Both the position numbers and the translations under genes were made by a program. Below the pieces are notes generated by a model. It did not search any database. It was given only the letters and a program-made list of their open reading frames with translations, and was not told the DNA's origin. DNA of 56,002 nucleotides, counting the filler, from Streblomastix strix (taxonomy: Eukaryota), in the NCBI GenBank assembly GCA_008636045.1. It is 2 parts of 2 records of this genome, joined end to end, with 100 filler letters (N's around TTAATTAATTAA, not from the genome) between each part and the next. Parts side by side here need not be neighbours in the genome. Positions count along the whole stretch, not along the records: positions 1 to 27,965 come from SNRW01000135.1; positions 28,066 to 56,002 come from SNRW01000136.1. One strand, 5' to 3'. Positions 27,301 to 38,300 of the stretch are shown piece by piece (within the stretch, counting starts at the first letter, position 1; every line of letters starts with the position of its first letter).

Positions 27301-27965
27301 CATACCATTTTCCTTGCATTATTGTTTATAATCGACGACCAAGACCAATATTATGCAGAGCACCAGAACGACCATTACCAACTCCAAGTACAAATCTGTC
27401 TTCAATCGAATGATGATGTGAAAACGAATAGTAGGGAATAGGAACAACGGCGTTAACTGACATTGGAAAGCATTAAAAATCTTCTGGCTCTCCTTCTCCA
27501 AGTTCTTTCAACTTTGTTTCTTTGACTGGAAATTCGTAAAAAGCACCTGTGCTCATATCAACAATCAATGATGAGTTTGAAGATGATATAATGAATAGCA
27601 TTGATGTTCCAATCTTCAATTGAATATTGTTCAAATCACTATTGTAGTTAATGTAATCTAATAAATCTGAACTTGAAGAATGAGTTTGATTATCTAAACT
27701 TTATTAAGAAGATACTTTTTCCAATTGTGATGATTGTTAATTGCATGATTTCTTTTAGTTGGAAGATATAAACCAATTTGCTCCATTAGTCATTGCAAGT
27801 TCATTAAACCATTTGAATGGGTATGTGTGACTTTGTATTTGTCCGTTTGCAATGATAACAAGAGAATTACCAGATGCAATAAACAGTTTATCAACAGATT
27901 TTATATCTCTGTGGTGCTTTTGTTTATGAGTAATTTTCGAATCTGTTTAATGATTAGATTTGTGA
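18378..27965 (-). CDS. Large DDB1/RSE1(SF3B3)/CPSF1-family beta-propeller protein, 5'-partial (>3,000 codons, Q/N-rich insertions; one in-frame TGA at 25550)
   Basis: One frame once the false gap is collapsed. DRFVLGVGNGRSGALHNIGLG, LPTLFTSRAYAGSPLHSLLLV, GIDNLKKTLTLGSANGAVVQVTTSDIHVI and IYIYGDRAYALTWSNN resemble conserved DDB1-family blocks in the right order. Paralog not determinable by eye. Confidence 0.7.
19198..19297. other. Assembly gap (100 N) with 127-bp duplicated flanks
   Basis: 19071-19197 is identical to 19298-19424; removing 227 nt restores the reading frame. Confidence 0.95.
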
Positions 27966-28065
27966 NNNNNNNNNNNNNNNNNNNNNNNNNNNNNNNNNNN
28001 NNNNNNNNNTTAATTAATTAANNNNNNNNNNNNNNNNNNNNNNNNNNNNNNNNNNNNNNNNNNNN
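27966..28065. other. Artificial contig-joining linker (44N-TTAATTAATTAA-44N)
   Basis: Six-frame stop spacer embedded in Ns; genes on both sides are cut off. Confidence 0.9.
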
Positions 28066-30520
28066 ATTCATAAATTCCTTAACAAATGGATTGAATCTGT
28101 CATGCTTCGAGAATGTTATAACGCATTAAATATCGTCAATAATGAAATGAAAATCATCAATGAGAAGCCATAAATAATAATTATTGAAAGACATGAATTA
28201 TCCATGCGTTGATGATAAATTTGTCAATTTTCGTCCAATTTTGTCGTGCTACATGTTATTTTTCAGCAGAAGATTATACATGTATGAACCTAATGTTTTT
28301 TAACCAGTCTTAATATTTATGTTTCTTAATATAGGAAGAAAATTAATAAAATCATTAATATGTTATTCGTCGATGTGTCCTTTAACAACTGCGATAAATA
28401 AAGGCATTCCTTCAACGTCATTAAATCGCAAAGGATTATAAATTAAATTTCTTGTTGTTTATTTATCAGTAATTTTATCTAATATTTGCCCCACCATGAA
28501 CATACGGCCGCCTGTGTATTTGAAGAACTTATGCGGTTCTGAGCTCATAACGCTAGGATATTAACAATTGAAATCTAGCGTTAAAAGATGGGTCATTATG
28601 TGGTCTGTATCTTAGCTGATGACTTTTCCAATAATAAATTTTAATTAATTTATTTTAGTTTCACCTGCTACATTATAGCGATGCATGACTTATGATAATC
28701 CTCCAGTTATACCAGAACGTATAATTTAATAAACTTCTTCATCGGTTATAGTCATAGGTAAATTTTTGCAATAGCAGAAATTTTTTAATTGTATTATTAA
28801 TCTTGTTAAATTTTCGTCTTTATTTGACTTAAATTTATTACAGAATAAGCAGCACAGTTTAACGTTATCCGCAGAATGACCCATGTCGTTGTTGATTCTA
28901 TCTAATGTTGGAGGATTTTTGCTTTTGAATCGTGCTTTACAAATGTTACATCCTGTCGATAGAAATAATTTTCTATAGAATGCACAATCTGATTCTTTGA
29001 TGTTGTTGTTTGTATCTCTATTTCTTCTCTTATCTTATTCCAGATAATTTTAAACTTTAATATTCCAATAATTTTATGAGAGAACGAACGAGGCATAATC
29101 ATCTTTTGGCGTATAATCTTAATCCAGTTTGAAGTCTCAATATGCAAGAGCATATTTAATTGCATTAGCATATGCTGACATCGACATAAACTACAGCATG
29201 TCAATTTTATAATTAAAGAACATATCATTTAAATAATCAAGCGGCTTAATCATTAAGCGAGTATCTTAGAGGTTGTAGTGTCGGAGGTAGTCCCAACCAT
29301 TCGAATAATTCTTTGTGATAGCCAAATAATTTAAATATTTTTCTTGACTTATATGTTTATTTTTAATTGTGTTATTAAATGATTCTTAGGGAAATGGTTA
29401 AGGATTATTTAATATTTCATTATAATTGTCGAAGTTGATGAATTCATATGGAAACTTTAATTTGGCAGGAATTGCTTACGATGGTTTTGGTGTGAAATCT
29501 TTTATAAATTATTTTAATTTCATTTTTGTTGAATAAATCATCGCATCGATGAATCTTAATTTAATTCCCGATATATTATGCTTAACAATGATTTATTTAG
29601 CATTTGAACCACTACCAAGATATTTTATGATTTGCCATTCATCGCTTTATAAATTTTTAAGAATTAGAGCCACATCGAACTTTGAAGAATTGAACCCAAT
29701 TACTGGTACCTCATAATGCTATGGTATCGTCTCAATTTCATATTTGTTTGAATCTATAACTTTTCTGGCTTCCTTAAATAACTATTTAATCCATACGTTG
29801 ATAAAGTTAGGGTTTCGTATGTCAAAATAAATAGAATAAATGTATGCATCAGCAACTTCATCAGAACCAACGCCAGCAACTTCGATTTTTTTATTTTTTA
29901 TTTTTATTGTGCTTGCAATCGAAAGAGGTTCAAGTATTGAAATTTATTTTGAATTATCACCAAATTATTCATTGATGATTCTTTCTACGGTTTCAATATC
30001 ATATGTTATATAATATTTAGTAGGTTTAAATTCATCCTCTCAACCATGCGCCAGAAGATACTTATAGCTAATATTATTCAATATATGCGGAACATATGGC
30101 CTTGGAAATTTTTCTAAATATACTTTCTTTATTATCTTTCCTCCATTTTTTTAACATTTTTATATGTGCCTTTTTAGATTAGATTATAAATTTGAGTCTC
30201 TGGTCTTATAAGCCTACACACCACAGATAGGACAATATTTTAAACCAGTCAGTGCCTCAACATCGTTAATATAAAAAACGTGAGCTGTTTATAATTCGTT
30301 GATTGTTTCAGTTATTAAAAGAACATTAAAATTTTAAATTTATTCGTTCTGATCGTTTCTTCTGTATTACTTCCATAGATAATAACTGCTCTAAGAGCTG
30401 CCAGTTTCTGCCGTTGTTTTTTCATAAGCGAACACATTTATATTTAAATTTTCATTCTAAATAAATTAATCTGCTTCTGTTGCGAAATTAAACCCATTAT
30501 AATTAAAAAGCTTAAAAAAA
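28066..30520 (-). pseudogene. Second Polinton-type pPolB (partial; Zn finger, exonuclease, HNH-like insert, motif A)
   Basis: YCPICG...NLKRHIQKC; YITYDIET (ExoI); VPVIGFNSSKFD; FPYEFIN; WDYLRHYNLQDT; RSGITGGLSQV; TLDFNCQYPSVM. TGA at 30040; cut by the linker before motif B. Confidence 0.9.
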
Positions 30521-30668
30521 ATAATCGTAAATATTAATGATTTGATAACAATAAATGAGTTGATTTAAAATTATGACAATAAAAAAGACACAAACTAAGA
30601 TGCTAATGAAGACAGCAACGAACAAATCAACGAACAAATCAATCTTTGAACATCATTTATTTTTTCAT

Positions 30669-30940
30669 GTTTCGACTATTTGGCGGATCGACTGGCATTT
30701 TTCATAGAACCCATTTGACTCAATCCACCCAATCCACACGGTCCAGTCAAAAGTCATTCATAACCTATTCCATTTATGCGTGCCAATTACGAAGAATATA
30801 ATGGTTTCGACTATTTGGCGGATCGACTGGCATTTTTCATAGAACCCATTTGACTCAATCCACCCAATCCACACGGTCCAGTCAAAAGTCATTCATTAAA
30901 CAATCAATTTATGCGTGCCAATTACGAAGAATATTAATGG
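30669..30940 (+). repeat. Tandem direct repeat, two copies of ~135 bp
   Basis: GTTTCGACTATTTGGCGGATCGACTGGC...GTGCCAATTACGAAGAATAT starts at 30669 and 30804. Confidence 0.95.
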
Positions 30941-31121
30941 ATTCATCAACGATTTCATTTATAAATCCACATACAAATATATTTTATGTTCAATTTACTA
31001 ATGAAGTCATCAACGAATTCACCAATAATTTTAGGTTTCGGAATATAATAAAATTCAATAAAATTTCATTTGTTCAAAATCATCAACCAAATCCATCAAC
31101 TAACTCCATCAATTCCTCCAT

Positions 31122-31439
31122 GTAGTTATGAGAATATGGAGAGTGCCATACGTTCAAAAATCATACTTCATTAATCAATTCATTAATCAACTTCATTAAT
31201 CAATATCAATAATTATATTCAATATCTTATATTCATTAATCATATTCAAGTGTTTATTTTTATTTTACATTAAATATTTATTATTATTTATTATTATTTA
31301 TTTTCATTATTTTATATTCATTATTTTTTTTAACATTATTTTATTTTATTTTTTCTATATGGGGCACTCTCCATATTCTCATAACTACTGGGGGTAACCA
31401 ATTATTATCCTCGTCTCCCTTGGAGACAGGGTAATAATA
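31122..31439. mobile_element. Putative miniature DIRS-related element or terminus: 26-bp inverted repeat plus terminal hairpin
   Basis: GTAGTTATGAGAATATGGAGAGTGCC (31122-31147) is the exact reverse complement of 31363-31388, directly followed by the DIRS hairpin motif. Confidence 0.6.
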
Positions 31440-32128
31440 GCAAATTTATTAAGAATAACAAATATTTCTCCCATTTCATCAGTTGTAGCATTAGGGATTT
31501 CACCTAATTACCTAGTCCGAAACGCTGTGTAACCAACTTATATTTAATTATTCATCTAATTATCTCTGAATTAACTTTAATCAGTTATGAGATATTGATT
31601 ATACTCTTATTTTATTGCTTTACTCAATTTCTTATATATTGCTAGTGATGTAGCATCACCTCCAATAAATGATTATCCTTAATATGATTTATTATAATAT
31701 TACAATAACCATGGAACAATAACTCCTTTCCATATCCGATCTCCAATAATAGAATATATTTAAACTATTGTATATCCTCGATCTTTCAAGAATAAAGATA
31801 GATAATTTTTAATGAAATTTCTAAAACATTCTGCTTGCTTATCTTCTTCTTCTCATGCTTTATAATGTGTAGTTGATCAGTCTTCTTTAGATAGATTTTC
31901 AGTGAAATATTTAATCACTCATTAACGATTAATTGAAACTGTAATTCTAAGTCCATCATTTGATTAAATAAATCCTTTATTATCATGAACAACAAACTCA
32001 GAGAAATTGCCACCATTAATATCTTCTTCTACTCCTATCCATTTCATAAATATTTTATCCTTTATTTATTTTCATAATTTAGGCAAATAACCACAGTTAA
32101 GAGGTATAGCACACTCATTAGGTTACAT
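31440..32128 (-). pseudogene. Hypothetical ORF with four in-frame TGA, running into the hairpin element
   Basis: MQPNECAIPLNCGYLPKL*KQ...INRQ*VIKYF...KED*STTHYKA*EEED...RIWKGVIVPWLL; no frameshift over ~230 codons; TGA at 32072, 31919, 31877 and 31853. Confidence 0.55.
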
Positions 32129-32386
32129 ATAAAAATCCGTATAATGAATAAATATTTTAATAAAAAAAAATTTTCTCTTAAATGAATTCTTTCTCAAATA
32201 ATTATATTTATAATTGTTGTATCTTAATTTATGTTATGTTCAAGCAATATATATAAAAGATTCAATAATTAAAATTGTTTGTTTATTTGTTAACAAAAAA
32301 TAATGAACTTATTCTTCTTCTTAAATATTTTTGTTTCAAGCTTACGATTATAAAAAAAAAGAAAATAAAACACTCATAAAATATGA

Positions 32387-35300
32387 TCATTCAGTTGCAG
32401 CAATTCTCGTAAATATTTTCACCACATCGTCCATTGTTTTCCCAATAGAGACTTAGCCCTAACCACGTTTGATAAGGTTCAGAATGTTATTATCAATACC
32501 ACCAAATCCAATTACATCAATTTATATTCCCAAGGCTTCCAGTTGATCGGCTTCAGATTTGAAACAGTTTTTTTCATTTCCTCTTTTACCAGAGCAAAAT
32601 GAGCAGTCACAAACTCCGTCAGTGAAAAAAAGAACTCGACACTCATATTTTGGCGGATTTTTACGAGCAATTTCTAGTGCCGTTTATAGCGCAAGTTTGA
32701 AATTATTTCTTCCACCTTCAAATCCTTCTTTTGCACCAAGTTTCTTATTCTTTTATTCATAGATAGTTTTTACTACATGGGAGTGAGTAAACACAGAAAT
32801 TATTCCTTTGTTTTATGTTTATATATCTATGTACTTATTCGCTGCAATTATTAACTGATCATATGGCTTGCCATCCATCGATCCAGAACTGTCAAGAGCT
32901 AGAATAGAATGACGAGGATGTATAATTACAGGGAGAGAACGCCAACCTCTGAAAAGTGGAATTGATTTTTCACTTACTAATGCTGGTGTTGTAGTGAGTA
33001 ACTAACTTCCACTACACTTTGCTGCGTTAAATCTTTCTTCAATCCGTGTTAACCAACATGATATGGAGAGAATTAAACGTCCCATACCCATTTCATCATC
33101 TCCAAATTCTGAGAATGCAGATGTGAATCCACCATGAAGAACAATAGGGCCAGGAGAAGGTTTAACTCCTATACACGTTTCACTACAATATGCACCTGCA
33201 GATTCAGTAGGAATTGCAGGATCAAAGTAAAGAATGAATGGTCTTGGTGGTTTTACATTCTCTGATGTCCATGCAAACGGTGTGAACGGCCAAAGCTGAT
33301 TAAGATCAGTAAGTGGCTTACCAGCATCATCAACTGCAAATGAGATTGAATTTCCTTCTATGAATTTAATAAGACCAGGTCTTAGAGAGAATCTTTCTTT
33401 TGCTTTTCCTGGTGCAGGTAATCTTAGCATAGGACTGAATGTTCCTCGTGTTGCTGCAGTTTTTGAGGCTACTTAAATATGTCCCAAACCTGGATATTTT
33501 CCACCCATTCGTACAATTGATGATCCACTTCTACCTTCATGAGTGAAATTTAGATGATTTGCAAGAAGGTAGTTAGCTTCGAAGTTGTAGGGTGCGTTAT
33601 CACAGAATAAGAATAATCCACCACCTCCACGCCAGAAGTCTGTAACTGCCTATAAGAATGTTGCAATCTTGTTTGTATCTTTGTCTTTAGCTTCTGAAGG
33701 TAAATCACCATATCCTTCTGATGAGAATAACCATAACTATGTATAAGGACAGCGTCCTTTCTCCACACGTTGTAACTCTCCTAATCCTTCTCCATAAGAA
33801 CAAACAAACGTGTATTCAAAACCTTTTCGTCTTAGAACTGCTCCACATTATCTATCAAAAACATCTTTGGTGATTGTGTTTGGTGTTGGTTCATTTGCAC
33901 CAAGATATAAGCAAACAACAAGTATCTTAAATCCTAAGAAAGCATTATCAAAGAATATATCTTTTTCTGCGTTCTCCACTAGATAAGCAGCAGATCCTTT
34001 CATATGTAGAAGATCAGTATTTGCAATTCCTTCAATGAAATCTTGAGAAAGCTCTCGATCTTTGATGCTTTTTGCTAGGATAGGACATACCTACGGATCA
34101 TCACATAGAATTTTTTCCAATTCTTTCTCTCGATCATCATCAACTCCAGAAAATAGTTATCTAGCAGCTATGCTTCCATTTGCTCCTGTTTCAATAGCAT
34201 CCAGTACGCCAACTATAGCATTTTATATATTAGCTGGATTTGGAGCATAAAATGCTGCTGGAAATAGCTTAGGCAATTATAAAGGTGCTATACCAACTCC
34301 AATACCAAGTACATCAATTCCACTATTGTTACAATCCACAAGAGCTTATCCAAAGATATTTAACTCTGAAGCATTAGTAATAATTCCATCTGTAAAAACA
34401 ACTATATTCCGCCCAAGTCCAACTCCACTTCTCCGTGATGTAATTTGTAATGCTGCAGCTAATCCGGTTCCCAATCCACTCTCAATTTCAGTACAATTAT
34501 CTGCAGTATGTAAAATATCTGAAATCAATGCTCTATCCAAGAGTTGTTTCACTGAGAAATTGTGAATCAGAAGATGTGCTTTCCCTGCACTTGCTGCAAT
34601 GATATCAAAAATAATTTCATCGCCATCTGACACAAATAAAAGCGATTCAATCATCGTTATAATTGTACTTGTTGTATGTTGAATGTTTAAAGAGGAGAAA
34701 ATTCGTAATGTACTATCAATTACAAACGTGAAAGAATAAGCTTTCTGATTTCTGCGGCTGTTCTTCAGAAATAGAAATTGATAAGTACAGGCAGATAATA
34801 TAAATCGCCGTATTCCTGTAGGCCACAGCTATCCAGATGATGCTGATGGTTCCTTGCCAGCAGCTCGGTTAGGAATAAGCCAGCGTGTATGTGCTATATT
34901 TGCAGTATCATGAGCAAATCCGCTGAACGGAGTTTGATTAAGAGTGCCCTATCGTTCAAACCACTTACGATTTGTTTCAACGTTTCTCAATTCTTGAATA
35001 GCTGTTATTTGTGACGGAGCTTTTAAAAATGGTTGGGGAAAATTCTATATTGTTATATTTTATGCAAAGAATTTATCTCCTGTTTCAATTTTACTTTCAT
35101 GAACAAGTTTTATTCCTGACCAGAACAAAATAGGATTTTGAACTGGTTCACAAACTGAAAATACAGCTGTTGTAGGTGATTTGTTTGATATTTTAGGTTC
35201 AGATTTTGAAACAAGTGCATGCGCAATTTCATGAGTTAATTTTTGGAGATTTGTTGATTAAGGGGAAGAAAAGCCCATACAAAGTTCTTTTGCATCTATG

Positions 35301-38300
35301 CGGAATAAACTAATATCACCTCCAGGAACAAATTTCGGAGTTAGACCATTTTCATATATTTCTATTGGAACTCCTTTTGATTATAATAGTTGATTGTTGA
35401 ATTCAGAATTTAGTTATATAATAATACATTAGCCAGTATTTTCTTATGACCAATCTCTATCATTATCCAAGACCTATGCACTAATAAGGTCAGTTATCAT
35501 AATCGTTATATGATTAGATGAGCCTCGTGATGTTCCAGCAGTTTTAGTACGTCTCATAATCCATTCGTTGTGTGAAGTGATTGCAGCATCGAGAGGGCAA
35601 GATCCTGGTCGTCCACCTGTTCTTAATGCATCAATAAGTCGAATCAAATCTTCAAGCGAATGTGGTCGAACTGGATCTGACAGTTACCATATAGCTTCTC
35701 TGTCTGCAAATGCAAATAACCGTAAAGGAATACCAAAACTTGCAAGAATAGCTGAAATTCCAGCTGAAATAACCATAGTACCCATCTATTTACCTTTTGA
35801 TAATTTAGTCATAGATGCACTAATATCCACCATCAGTGAAACTTCTGTGTTTTGAAGCGAGAATGGCGTTGCTTTGTTTTGTTGGAATGGCAGCATTATT
35901 TTTGAAATTTCTCCATAAAGCAATGACTAAATCTGAAGTGAAAGTGCATTAAGTTCAACTATTTCTGGTCGTTTTTATGCACTTCCTTCATCTTGCCGAT
36001 CTTCAGTTCCATCTATTACAGAAACTATTCTTCCTTCTGAAACCTTTTTCTTATTAACTGCATCATGTGGAGCACGTTTAACTGCTTCCCATTCCATCAA
36101 TAAAAGATCATCAACTCTTTTCCCTTAAAGCATTTCTGCCATATTAGCAGATATTAATCGACGTACAATTTCATTTGGGTTTTGATATTCTACAACAAAT
36201 TATTAATTTTCATTTTATTCTTCTACAGGAACTTTATCTACTTCTGTTTAACGTATTGCAATCATCATCTTTTCTGTTGATAATCCTTATATATTTTTAT
36301 TTTTATTATCAATCTTTACAAGTTCAAAGTTCCTGAAAATTGGATGAATTAATTTAACAGCAGGAGTAATTGCTGTTATTTAAGATTAAGATTTTTCTTC
36401 AATCATTTTTATATTTATATCATTTCCTTTAGTTTCATTTAAAGTCATACCCAAGTTAATATCTCCAAATCTGATTGTATTTCGAGTACCTTTAGAACGA
36501 ATGTTTATTTCATCTTTTGTTAACCATATTCCATGTCGTAATTAGCATTCAGGAACTTGAGCAATTTGAATGTTCGAAGTATCTTCATTAGAAATAGAAA
36601 TTTTATCTTAGATGTCTTTCTAATCTAATAATATTTCAGGAGGATATACTCCAACCCTTTTCAGACTCATCCATGCACGATTACATCCATCATATGCTTT
36701 ATTAATTTATTCTTCAAGTAATTATTTGTTCTCTTTGCTTCCTCGAAGTTTAAATATTATTATACTCAATGTTCCTAAGTTATTAACAAGCTTCGAAATA
36801 TCTTAATTGGCATTATATTAGACTGCAATAACAGTTTAGCTTGCAAGTGATGAAACTATAACAAGAATTTTACTGAGATCAGATGGGTTTTGAGTTGTTT
36901 TGAATAATTAAATGACATTTTCTAATTTAATTTCTACTTATTTCTAGAAATCTTTAATTGAAATAGGATTAGAATTTTGGTTTGATTCAGAAAGAGGAGG
37001 AAACTCATGAGGTTTTAAATTCATTGTTGTTTCTAATATTTTTTTAACAGCTTCAACTTCAGTAAATCGTCCACATATTACACCAAAATGCTAAGTTTCT
37101 ATTCCAACTATTGGTTGAATAATTGAAGCATTTTCAGTTTCTCGTTATCTTGGTGATATATTTAATTCTTCTTGATTTTCAATAATCTTTCCACGAAACT
37201 TTGCGATTTCTAACTTGGTAAGGGCACGTGGATTGCGTAATGTATTTAAAAGTGTTATTGCTGCCCATATAAGATGCATTCCTTTAATCTTTTTTTCTTT
37301 ATCATTATTTGTCCATGTTGATGGAATTTATGGAACGGCCATAACCCATTCTTTTCGCTTTGTTATTTGCTAAGCAATTTATGTAATAATATCAGGCAAT
37401 AATCTATTTTCCTATCGTATCATTTCAAAATCAAGTGCGAGAATTATACGACTGAAGGTAGCATTAATATTTTTGACTTTTATGCCTTTTTTTGCACAAT
37501 TAATTACTGAGTCATAATCAAGAGAATCAAGTTCATTACTTTTATTCAAGAATAGTTTTGCTGCTCCAATCATCAAAAAAGGGATGTTTGTTTTCGGTTT
37601 TTCGGTGTTTGATGATGCTTCATTAATTTTATCCATTGCTTCATTTAAAGTTTTATCCAACTATTAATCAATGATACAAACATATTCATTATCTTCTTTT
37701 TCTCCCCAAAGTGGATAAGATTCTGAAGGAAGATGATCTCCAGGATTTATAGAATGTAGTCCTTATTGATCCAATATCCATAATTTGAATTAAGATGCGT
37801 TTTAGGAGATATAATGGTTGGGATCAATAACCAGACATTCATTTTCTGTTACAATTGTCGGACAATCTTATTTCTAGAATGTCATTCTTTTCATGTATTC
37901 AAAGAAAGATGTTCCATTACTATTAACTCTTAAACAAGGGAAATAAACTCCTTCTTCAATATCAATAACAAAATTTCCAGAAATTTATTCGAATCTTGGA
38001 GTATTTTATACAAGAGAAATAGTAAGTTTTGCTTTCCCAAATGTAATACTTCGTCTAATACTTTCTCCAAAAATAATTTTCACCAAAACTGATTAGCGTG
38101 GTTCAATAATAACAGAATTAGGCACAAATATATCTCCTTCTTCATTTGAATTTAAAATTACATTCTGTAAATCATCTCCATTGTTATAAACTACTATGAA
38201 TGTACTCTTACATTTCACTAAACGAATCTCGCTTGCTTTAGAATTTGCTGGATGATAAATTCCAATTGAAGGAATTCGACTAACTGGCACACTCAGATGA

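Noticed and set aside
27966..28065. Apparent pPolB insertion into the DDB1-like gene, and the palindrome TTAATTAATTAA
   Set aside because: Artificial linker; the two sides need not be adjacent in the genome.
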